Below are positions 11,413-22,012 of a stretch of 54,797 bases of DNA, piece by piece. Numbering within the stretch: position 1 is the stretch's first letter; every line of letters begins with the position of its first letter. The notes under the pieces were generated by a model that had not been told where the DNA came from, searched no databases, and saw only the letters and a program-made list of their open reading frames with translations. Source of the DNA: Guillardia theta CCMP2712 (taxonomy: Eukaryota; Protista; Cryptophyta); the NCBI RefSeq assembly GCF_000315625.1, contig NW_005434533.1, forward strand, positions 37,900 to 92,696, written 5' to 3'. Made by a program: the position numbers and the translations under genes.

Positions 11413-13568
11413 TCAGTACTTGAGATGGATCAGCGCGTTGGTAAGCATGCGCACTCCTGCTCCGGGAGATGTCAAGATGCTCTCTGGATGGAACTGCACA
11501 GCAGCGATGGGGAGCGTCTTGTGCCGAACTGCCATGATGCATCCGTCGCTTGTCTCTGCTGTCACAACGAGATCCTCGGGGAGTTTGACGCAGTGCAGCG
11601 AGTGGTAACGCCCACAGGTCAGCTCGGGAGGAAGCTCCGAGAAAATCCCTTCCTCCATGTCGCCCTTAATCGTCACCTCCGACGGCTTGCCGTGTACTGG
11701 TGTTGGCAGGACCTGCTCGGCACATTAGAGGGGAGGAAGAGAAGTCCGACTGCCTTACCCCCAGCTGACCTCCGAAGTGCTCGATGATGCCCTGAAGGCC
11801 AAGACAGACTCCGAAGATCGGGATCTTGCGGTCCACGAGGGCCTTGATGGTCTTGGGGACCTGCTGGGGTTGTCACGCCAGCCGGTTGACGATGAAGAGA
11901 CAGAGGGCTGCGGTGTAGGAAGAGGAAGGGGACAAAGGGAAGAAGGGGAAGGGCGGGAGGGAGATAGGTCCAGGGAAGATGGCAGGGGATGGAGGGAGGG
12001 AGGACCTGGAAGTCCGTGGGGTTGCCAGGGCCCGGGGACAGGACGGCAAGATCGAACTTGCGAGACTTGGCGAGTCGGTCGATCTCCTTGTCGTCGAGAC
12101 CGACCTTGCCCGGATGCGAGCGGATGGTGACAACTTCAGCCCCCGTCTGCCGCAGGTAGTTGGCAAGGGTGTGGACGAACGAGTCCTGGTGGTCGATGAG
12201 GATGATTCTCTTTCCCGTCCCCCCCGTCATCTTCGCTTCGCTCTTGTGCGGCGCCGAGTCTTCTCCTCGGGGACGACGGATGGCGTCGATGAAGGCGGAG
12301 GCCTGGCGGGAGTGAGGAGGAGCAAACGGAAGATGGCGGAGGAGCAACTGAGAGGCAGAGAGGAGAGGGAGAGAGGCACGGGAAGGGGGAGAGGGAGTAG
12401 AAGCAGAGTGAGTTCGGAGTTCACCTTGAGGACAGTCTCTGCCTCCTCTGCCGGTGGGTCTGAGTCGAAGAGGAGAGTCGCTCCCGCACGAACCTGTCAC
12501 AGAAGAAGCTCAGAGGGAGCAAAGAAAGGACGAGGGCAGAGGAGTGGAGGAGGAGGAGGGATCAAACCTGTGCGACACCATCGATGATGCGGATGGTTCT
12601 GAGGGTGAGGCCTGTGTTGATGTTCCCGTCGAACCCAACGTGTCCGATCGCTCCTCCGTACCTGAGGAAGACATTCAACCCTTTTCCTTTCCTGTTCCTG
12701 CTCCCCTCCTCCACTCTGTTTCTGTTCCTGTTCCCCTTCGTTGTCGTGTTCTCCTCCTCACACTTCCTGTTCCTCTTCCTACCAGGCGCGGCAGGTCTTC
12801 TCGTGGTCCTCAAGGAACTGCATCGCCCAGGCCTTAGGCGCCCCCGTCACCGTCACTGCCCACGTGTGCGCGAGAAACGCGTCCAGCGCGTCATAGCCCT
12901 CACGAAGAACCCCCTCAACCTGCCGACCCGAGTGATGATGATGATGATGAGGAGGAGGAGGAAGAGGAGGAGGAGGAGGAGGAGCAAAGGTAGGATAGAG
13001 GGGCAGGGGCAGGAGGAGGAGGAAGAGGAGGTCGTACATGGTCGACTGTATGTATCAGCTTGGAATACATTTCGATTTGCCTTCTACCGATGACCTGAGG
13101 ACCCGATCAGCTCTGAGTACAGCCAAGGACGAGAAACAAGACGAGCAAGAGAGGTACAAGGAGAGAGAAGAAGCGAGTTGAGGAGGATGGGAGTGTGGGA
13201 GGACAGGGAGGGGTACGAAGAGGAAAGGGGAAGAGTTAAACCTGAACAGATCCTGGTTTGCAAATTCTCGATTTGTCGTTACGATCAACATCCGTACACA
13301 TGGTGAGCTCACTGCCAAACAGTCAGAAGGGCGGAAGAGAACAAGGGAGGACCGAGAAGTGCAGGAAACCGTGAGGCAGGTGTGAGGGGAGAGCGAGGAA
13401 GGGAGAGGACAGTGCGTCGGTGGGGGTTGTGGAAGTGGAGGGATAGAAGAATGGAGAAGGATGGATACCTCTCCTCCTTGATGCTGTTAAGAAGTTCTTT
13501 GATGTTGTTCGCGTCCTCGATCGCTGTCTTTCCCCTTCTGATCGTCCCTGCATGCACATCAGTCTCCT

Positions 13569-13603
<35 letters not shown>

Positions 13604-16600
13604 CTCATCGCATCTTCCCCTTCCACCCTCTCTTCTCTTCACGTACCAGAGATGGGGCAAGTCTCGATGCGCGATCCCTTGCTCCGCACGTACATCTCGG
13701 GAGACGCTCCCACCAGGTACTCCTGCGAGCGCGTCAGGAGGAGGTGAAGAGGGGAAAGAGATGAGAGCGAAGATAATGGCATGTAGAGCAGAGAAACAGA
13801 ATGCCAAGACGGAGCGAGGCAACGAAGGCAAGACGGGAGGAGAGAAGAAGAGGAGAGGAGGGGAGAGGAGAGGAGAGGAGAGGAGAGGAGAGGAGAGAAG
13901 GACAGAAGGAAAGGAGAAGAGCAACAGATGAGGAGGGAGGGCGAGCAAAGGAGAAGTGAGGAGGAGACAAGGAGAGAAGGAGAGGAGAGGCAGCAGCGCT
14001 AGGGTTACCTTGGCGCCCAGGTTGATGAAGAAGGAATAGGGCGAGGGATTTCTCTCGCGTATCCTCCGATGCAGCTCTGACCGCCCATGTCACTTTCTCC
14101 TCCCCTCGCGTCTCTCAATTAACAACCAGAAGGTCTTTCAGGACAGGGCTCGTAGAACGTTTGCGAGCAGACAACCTGCAGAGGGTTAGCTACCCTTCTC
14201 CTTTCCTCCTCTTCTTTCTCCTCACCTCAAACAAATTTCCGCACTTGAACTCTTCCTTTGCTTTTGTCACAAGTTCCGCATATTCTCCTTCCTGCTCAGG
14301 TCGTCAATGCTGCCGCCCAGCTTCCTCCTCGTCCTCGTCCTCGTCCTCCTCACCTTGTGGTCGCGATTGACCGCTGGCTTCGACCCGACGAAATCTTCTG
14401 CTCGACCCTCACGCGGCATTCCTTTTGTGCTTTTCCCCCCATAAGTGAAGTCGAAGCTGACTGAACTTCTCGTCAAATAAAGTTTCAACATCTCCCTCGT
14501 CCTCCTCCTCGCCCTCGTCCTTCTTCTCCTTCTCTCCTCCCCCTCCCCCTCCTCCTCTTCCTGTCCTCCTCCCTTTCTCCCCAGTCCTATTCTCTTCTCT
14601 TCCGGTCGTCCCATCCCGTCCTCCTGCTCGTATTGTCGTCTCCCTAGCATTCCTTGGCAATATCTCCTGGTTTCATCGTCCTTCTCCTTGTTCCCTCTCC
14701 CTGCTTCGAGTTCTCTCCGTCCCATGTTATCCTGCCCTTCTCCCTTCTCACCTTGTTTTGCAGAAGATTCATCGTATCCCACAAGCAGCAGCAAGTCAGG
14801 GATGAAAAGCACGACGTCTCGCTGTAGTCACTATCGATCAGACCAACACTAGCACAACCTCCTCCTCCTCCCCCTCCCCCTCCTCCCCCTCCTCTGTCCT
14901 CCCCTGCCCTCCTCCTCCAATCCTCTCCTCTCCTCTCCCTTATCGTCCCATCTCCAAGTCTCTTCTATCCTTTACATTCCGCTCCTCACCTGGCTGTCTG
15001 GTCGCTCCAGTCGCATTCTACATGGCTCGAACTGGAAGGTTAAATCATACCTGCAGGAGAAGGAGCAAGACGAGAGCAAGGAGACAGGAGGAGGAGGAGG
15101 AGAAAGAGAGAGAATCAAAATCAGCCAAATTCATGTGAAGGATTTTTTCTTCACCCAAATGCTCCGTAGAGGCCGAGATCAGGATCCTGCTCCGAAAAGA
15201 AGCACTGAATGATCTCGCGAACTGCACCAGCAAGAGGCCAAGTCGACGTCAGCAAAGGAGATCAAGAGAAGCAGAAGCAGGCAGCGAACAAAAGGCAGGA
15301 AGGGAGGAGGACAGGTCAAGAGACGGAGGGGGGGGGGGGGGGGATTGTGGATGAGCTCGACCAAGTGAGAAGACAGATGGCTGTTTGCTCCTTTCCTCCT
15401 CTGTGAACCTGAGATTTCTCGTCTCAACTTGAATCCATTCAGACTTTCCCTCCCTTCGCAATTCCTCTCCCCTTCCCCGACCTCCTTCCCTTCACCCTCC
15501 CCCTGTTCTGCCTGCCTCCTCCACTCACTTTTCGTTGCTCTCCTTGATGAAAACTGTCACAACGTCCGACGAAGGACACTCAATCTGTGGGAATTCAGTT
15601 CGTTTGCCACCTGGTCGGATCGGGACTACCTTGCCGATGCACGCCTTGTCTGCAAGAAAGTCCTTGATAGCCTGTAGCAGGACGAGGCCACGGGAGTTGA
15701 GAGCAGTGATCTTGGCTGTCAGGTTGCGCGATGTGATCATGATTGGGGGATCTACGAAACCCACCTGGCAGGGAACAAGCGATCAGAATCGAACAGAGAT
15801 GATCAGGGCAGTCTATGACATCGACAAGGGCAAAAATGTCAAACAGAAGAGCAGCAGAGAAAGGAATTACAGCAAGCAAACAGAGAAAGGAGTTGCAGAG
15901 AGCAAACAGAGAAAGGAGTTGCAGACAGCAAACAAAACTGCATAATAGACAAGAACAAGACAGCCTCTGATCGCTACAACTCAAATGTCTCACCTTCCAA
16001 CGGGTGTATCTCCCAGGATACTCGAACGTGGACATCATGAGCATACCCATGTGAGAGTCCAAAGCATCCACCATCTCCTCCACCTTCGCGTTGCAGTCGA
16101 CCTGGACCTCCGTCACTCCTCTCCCTCTCCCTCCATCCTCTCCCCCTCCATCCATCCTCTCCCCCTCCCTCCATCCTCTCCCTCTCCCTCCATCCTCTCC
16201 CCCTCCCTCCATGCACACACCTTGGTCTCTGTGCGGTGAACCACGATGTTTCCCCGTGTGGTGTACCCGAGGTCCCCGTTGCTCATGGCAGCCCCCGCGT
16301 CAGCAGCGCTCCGCTGGGTGATTGCCACGTACTTGTCCAGCACCTCCAGAACCTTCCCCTCCTCAATCATCGAACGCGCGATGTCCGCAGCATCCTTGAA
16401 GCTCTTCGCCTTGTCGGCCAGGAAGATGGCAGCAGCAGCATTGGCGATGATGTAGTCCTTCACCGCATCGTGCGTTGCACTCTCCCCCTTCCTCTTCTTG
16501 CTCCCGCTAATGATCTCCCTGAACAGCTTCGCTCGCTCTGCAGCGCTTCCTCCCTGCACATGGGCCAGCTCGTGCTTCTCCACTCCGAAGTCCTCCGGCG

Positions 16601-17401
16601 TCAACTTCATCTCCTTCACCTCTCCGTCCATCAGCAGCCACACATACGTCGCTCCAGCAGGGCTGATCTCGTCCAGCCCTTCCTCCGAGTGCACAATCAT
16701 CGCCCGCTGCGCCCCCTTGATCTTGAACAAGTTGGCGAACAGCTCTCCGAGGTTCTTCTTCCCCACCCCGATCACCTGGAGCGCGGGCTTCGCCGGGTTC
16801 GTCAGAGGGCCGAGCAGGTTGAAGATAGTCCTGATCCCCAGGTCCTTCCGTGCCTTGGCTACGTTCTTCATGGCAGGATGGAACGACTGCGCAAAGAGGA
16901 ACCCGAAACCGCATTCCTGGATGGCCGACGCAACTTTAGGACCGTCCAGCTGGATCTGACACCCGAGGGCCTCCAGAAAGTCGGCGCTCCCCACCGATCC
17001 TGACGCCGACCTGTTCCCATGCTTGGCGCACTTGATGCCTGCAGCCGCCAGGACCATCCCTGCTGCTGTGGAGACGTTGAAGGTGTCCAGACCGTCTCCT
17101 CCCGTCCCCACGATGTCCATGAGCTCATCGGGCGATCCAGCCTCGCAAGGAGATGCAAAGGAGAGCATCGTCTCCGCACATGCCTGGAGGATACGAGGAT
17201 CGAGCTCCTTGTGCTGGGAGGACAGGTCAGACTGCCGAAGGAGACCAGCTAAATCACCTGAAGGCAGGACAGAAACGCTCCTCGCTGTGCGTCCGAGGCT
17301 GCACCGGACATGATGTCATGCATCGCATTCTTGGCTTCCTCCGGCGTAATGCTCCTCTTCTCAGTCACCATCGCCTTCACTGCTAGCTGCACGGCCGCCA
17401 T
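11413..17401 (-). CDS. trpD-trpE-trpG: Trifunctional anthranilate phosphoribosyltransferase / anthranilate synthase component I / glutamine amidotransferase component II (TrpD-TrpE-TrpG), ~22 exons
   Basis: TrpD motifs: [44 protein letters not shown]. TrpE motifs: [74 protein letters not shown]. TrpG motifs: [34 protein letters not shown]. No stop between the domains. Confidence 0.9.
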
Positions 17402-17964
17402 GGTTGCTCAGTGCAGGTTGGCGGGCAGCAAAACGAGAAAGTTTGACGGTGGAGAAGAGATGGAGGAGGCGGGGCGATAACCTGAAGGCAGGAAGTCAGG
17501 AAAGCAAAGAAACAAGCAATGGTATCCCAGTGTGATGCAAAGGAGATGGCAACAAACATGCAAGCAGAGCAGGAGGACGCGGAGCAGGCAGGTGAGGGGG
17601 TGGATGGGGAGGAGGAGAGGTCAAGCAAGAGCAGCAGTATGATGATGATAATGAGGAGGAGGAGGAGGAGGAGGAGGAGGAGGGAAGGAGGAACAGGAGC
17701 AGCATGAGGAGCAGGAGCGACGAGGAAGTTCGAGGTTGAGGAGGGGGGGCGAGAGCGGTGGGATCCTATGACGAGCACGAGGACTTCCAAATTTTCGCCA
17801 AGATTCCGAACACATCAAAAACTAGACAAAATGCCTCAAATAGTTCCATGAAACTCTATAGTAATAAATTACTCTATTTGATATTTCATATAATTATATA
17901 CGAAAGAGAAATAAGTGAAATCACAAATAGAACCCCTCATTGATAAATCTATTTGCACTAGAAT

Positions 17965-18360
17965 AAATCAGGGGGTACAGAGCTGAATGTCGGGGGTGGT
18001 AACTAGAAACAGGGTACTGATAAGGGATGAGGGTGGGGGTACTCAGATATGTAAAGGTGCTATATTAGGAAAACGCCTTTACTGTATGATAGGGTAGGGT
18101 GGGGTGTCTTTGTTGAGGGTGGGGATATAGGGAGAGACAGCCTGGAGCTACCCCTCCAAAAGAGGGGGTAGTATGCTATAGTATTAGGGGGTACTGGAAC
18201 TAAAAGGTGACGGTGAGTCCCGCCGGCCGACGGTCGGGCGCATTCGGCCGGGCCTGGGCCCCGGGCCCGGGCCGCACGCACCCTGGCACTGACTGAGATG
18301 ATCACGTAGGACTTCCGGCCGGCGCGACTGCAGGCTTTAGGCTACTGGAGGCCGATGCTC
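17965..18360. other. Intergenic composite: GGGGTA tract (~17965-18200) plus GC-rich CCGG/CAGT tract (~18210-18360)
   Basis: Same two sequence types as at 9000-9990, in mirrored order, 5' of the minus-strand trp gene. Confidence 0.55.
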
Positions 18361-18719
18361 AGCTCATAACCGACGGAGCACAAGTTTGTTAGACTTGTAC
18401 CGGGCTATGCCAAAGTCACGGCAGATATCACATCAACCTTAGTTCAGTGTACGGTAACAAGATCGGACCGTACAGTTTTTGCTCAAGACCGAGTTTAATG
18501 CACACAAAACCAGAATTGAGGAGCACATGAGAGATAGACTGTATGCTAGGATGTGAAACCCAAGCATCCAGACATGAGAGGACCTTAGCAAGACGTCTCA
18601 GGTGATCCGACTTGCAAACGCATCCGGTCCAGGATCTTTCGTCAGCCTCAGTCAACTGACCGTACTGCGGCCTGGCAAGGCCTCAGTCCCTGGACTTCGG
18701 AGTCTCGCGCGCCGCGGCT

Positions 18720-18981
18720 GAGCTTGCCGCCGGTGCGAGATGACGCGCTCGCTATGGCTGCCGATCTAAGTTGAAGCGGCTGCTTGGACGGCAGGCGGAG
18801 GGAAGAGACGTCGAGGGAGCGCTGGAGGCGCTGGTGGAGCATGTGGAGTCCTTGTACCTCCTGCAGATCTCCCACGTCACCTCCTCATGGCGACACTGGA
18901 AGACGTAGACAGTGTGGCCGTCGTGAGGACAGTTGTAGGTGCGGAGGATGAGGAGGGAGAGACCTTCGAAGCTGACGACCC
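18720..18981 (-). pseudogene. PX (phox-homology) domain fragment with a frameshift
   Basis: After an AG acceptor the minus strand reads ..HDGHTVYVFQCRHEEVTWEICRRYKD, then in another frame HMLHQRLQRSLDVSSLRLPSK. This matches the PX pattern Y..W.V.RRY.dF..LH..L...LP.K with one base missing at the Phe codon (~18848). Confidence 0.6.
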
Positions 18982-19834
18982 TGAGATGAATGTAAGACTG
19001 TGAAACATCAGGCCCAAGAGCGCGACGTGGAGAGATGACGTGAAGAAGAGAGGAGGAGGAGGAGGAGGAAGGAGAGGAGCAGGTGGAGGACGGGGAGATC
19101 AGGGGGGCGACAAGAAGAGGGCTGCAAAGAGCAGGGGAGGGGCTGAGATGTGAGGCAAGAAGAGGATCGGGATATGGATCACGCCAAGGCGACGGCCTGG
19201 GGAGCGAGGATACAACAAGCCTTCACGACAAGCAGATAGGATACGAGAGACAGAGGGGGCAGTTGAGACGAGACAGCACGAGCACGACAACAAGAGGACG
19301 GAGAAGCGACTGGCAGGGAAGTATCCGTCGCAGGTCGAAGCATCACAGGGCTCCATCTCGATGGGCGACAGAGAGGCTGTCGATGGAATGCTGGAGGAGA
19401 GAGGCTCCTGGCTCGTGGGGCGGCGTCAGCAGCGACTCGCGCGAACTCTTTTGATGCTCGTTTCTCACATTCTCATGGTACTCACATCCTCATGATCACA
19501 CTTCTGAGCAGTGGATGTCCAAGTTTTGCAAGATCCATAAAAATGTTTCGGCCAAGCAATCTGGTAGATTTTACATCTTTACTCTGATTCTCAATTGTTA
19601 GCAGATGGTGTTGTACATGTCAGGCATCAACTTCACGAATAGATTCAAGGATATCTCACAACTAACGTGACATTTACTAGCATCTTTAGGAGATGATGCC
19701 TCTAACTAAGCCACTAGCTCGTGCTTGTTACCGTCGCTACCTCGGTGGAGCCTTGGAAATAAACGACGAGACCACTAGATCGACTATTTGCCTTCACCTC
19801 ACCAGCCCCATGCGGCAACTCGCGCACCTCCACC

Positions 19835-21271
19835 TCACTGGTCCCATGCAACTCGCGCACCTTCTGAGTCAACCGCAAACTCATTTCTCTCACTTCTCCC
19901 TTGCACTTGGCTGCCTGCATTACCTCCCAACAGCAAATCGAGAGGTGCTGGCGCTTGTTGGGGAACGACTTCGATTGGTCTTGCCACGGGCATCACCGGG
20001 ATACCCGACACCGGGTGGGCAGGTTGATTTAGATTGTTATCCATCCATTCGTCAGGCTGACAGCAGAGCATGCACACGATGATAGAGCACGTCAGCTGAA
20101 CGATGAAGAGCAGGAAACTGAACACAAAGATTGCCCAGGCGCTGCCAGTCAACGTCGGACAGAACTTGGTGCCCGCATACCTATCATACTCCTCACAAAT
20201 CCAGGGCGCTTCAATCCCCAACAAGATAGAAAGTACTATTCCTGACAACAACACGAGGATGCTGATAATCAGGTACGCAAGGTGAAAGCCTCCCCATAGC
20301 TTGGTTCGGTACTTGCTGGTCGCGATGCCGACGGCTCCGAAGACAGACACGAAGATACCAGGAACGATTCCCCAGACCCCCAGAAACACCAGCACAGCCT
20401 CTGCATCGCTTTTGTCTTGTTTACAATCATATGGATATTCGTAGTACGAATACGAGCTGCTGCTGCTGTATGAGCTTGAGCTAGAAGTAGATGATGAGTA
20501 GGAGCCGCCGTAGTACCCCGAGTTGTACCCCGAGTTGTACCCCGAGTTGTACCCGATCATCAAATCTCTGTTGTAGTCCGAGCTGTACGCGATGGAAGCT
20601 TTCGCGCTATCGTAGTAGCCCAAGTTGTATCCATTGGTGTAAGACCGCGAGTATATATAAGCATTATTCCCGGTGTTGTATCCCGAGTTGAAACCTGCAT
20701 CATATCCCGAGTTATACCCTAGCGTGTAGGTAGTCAACGAGTCTCCCTGGTCATACCCCTTGTTGTATCCCGAGTTGTATCCCGAGTTGTATCCTGAGGT
20801 GTAAGTGTAGCTCTGACCCGACAAGTCACTCCAGCTGTATCCCGAGTTGAATCCCGAGTAATAAACAGAAGTATACAGACTGCTGTAGTAAGAGGCAGAG
20901 GAGTATCCGTTGGAGACACTGCTGTAGGCTGAGGTATATCCGTAGTTGTAGAAGCCTCTGTTGTATCCATTGTTGTACCCGTAGTTGTAGGCATTGTTAT
21001 AGCTTGACCTGAAGGTGCTGTCGTACCCCCCGTTGTATCCCCGGTTATATCCCCTGTTATATCCCCTGTTGTATCCAGTGTCGTACTCTGAGGAGCTGTA
21101 GGATCCCGAGCTTGATGCCGGCGATGAAGACGGGATTGGGCAGTCGCAAGGTGGATTGTAGGCAGCTGGGACTACTCCAGCAATGAGCAAGGCGAGCCCA
21201 AGAACCATGCTCGCGATGCTCATGTGAAGAACTGACTTCATGGAGCATTTACACGTGGTTTGAAGCTGCAT
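19835..21271 (-). CDS. Four-TM membrane protein with a large Tyr/Gly/Asn/Ser repeat loop
   Basis: Intronless 478-aa ORF: N-terminal hydrophobic helix, ~240 aa of GYN(S/R/G)-rich repeats, three more hydrophobic helices, then CMLCC and a Pro-rich tail. Confidence 0.75.
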   Translation of the reverse strand: MQLQTTCKCSMKSVLHMSIASMVLGLALLIAGVVPAAYNPPCDCPIPSSSPASSSGSYSSSEYDTGYNRGYNRGYNRGYNGGYDSTFRSSYNNAYNYGYNNGYNRGFYNYGYTSAYSSVSNGYSSASYYSSLYTSVYYSGFNSGYSWSDLSGQSYTYTSGYNSGYNSGYNKGYDQGDSLTTYTLGYNSGYDAGFNSGYNTGNNAYIYSRSYTNGYNLGYYDSAKASIAYSSDYNRDLMIGYNSGYNSGYNSGYYGGSYSSSTSSSSSYSSSSSYSYYEYPYDCKQDKSDAEAVLVFLGVWGIVPGIFVSVFGAVGIATSKYRTKLWGGFHLAYLIISILVLLSGIVLSILLGIEAPWICEEYDRYAGTKFCPTLTGSAWAIFVFSFLLFIVQLTCSIIVCMLCCQPDEWMDNNLNQPAHPVSGIPVMPVARPIEVVPQQAPAPLDLLLGGNAGSQVQGRSERNEFAVDSEGARVAWDQ

Positions 21272-21529
21272 GAGGAGACGGGCCGGTGTTGGAGGTCTGC
21301 GCTTGATTGAGGTGGGAACGGATAGCAGGATGATGGTTGACAGAGTAGATGACAGGGGGGGGGGTGTCTGGTGGGTGGTTCAGCGTGGAACCATGGGTGG
21401 GTGGTTCAGCGTGAAAGCATGGGTGGGGGGTGGGTCAAGCTTTGAATTCAGTGGGGCCGCATCGTGTACCCACCCTCTCAAGTACTTTCCGATCCCGCAC
21501 GGTCCAACCGTCCGATAAGGCTGTTACAT

Positions 21530-21915
21530 TTACTCAAAGTTAAGTTAAAAATCAGTACGAGGACCGTACAATCAGGAGATCGGATGCGCTGCAATGATTT
21601 GACCGGACTCCCACCTCCCACCAGTCACGTGATCATCGGATCCGATCGGAGGGATCGCTGTGGCCGCCGCCGAAGGCCCGGAATGACTGAGACGCATAAC
21701 GGGCCGGAACAGCACCCGCGATCATCGGACGATGGCAGCGAACTTGCGGGGGAGCCTCGGAGTCCGGGCCCGGCCGGCGGCGCCGCCGCGCCGCCGCGCC
21801 CGTCACCGTCCGAGTCCGTGCGGCCCAGCACGACCACTAGGGCCTCAAAGCCAAGTTCGTTAAAAATCAGTACTGGCCGCAGCACTGGCTTCGCCGGGCA
21901 CCACAGTGGAACCGT
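21530..21915. repeat. GC-rich CCGG-type intergenic element bracketed by a 15-bp direct repeat
   Basis: gttaaaaatcagtac occurs at 21544-21558 and 21859-21873, with a GC-rich core containing ccgggcccgg between them. Confidence 0.55.
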
Positions 21916-22012
21916 TTCCAACTCAGTTCATTCAATAGTACTCAGTAACAGTCATTGAAGATTCTTTCGGCTGAGTGATAAGTGACTTGTCGCTTTAGAG
22001 ACGATGCGTGAA

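Noticed and set aside
11413-17401. Bacterial trp operon or contamination
   Set aside because: Interrupted by ~21 spliceosomal introns of the same style as neighbouring genes.
20500-21075. 12-bp periodic repeats resembling an array
   Set aside because: They encode the GYNS/GYNR repeats in frame and have no unique spacers, so this is not CRISPR. The DNA is also eukaryotic.
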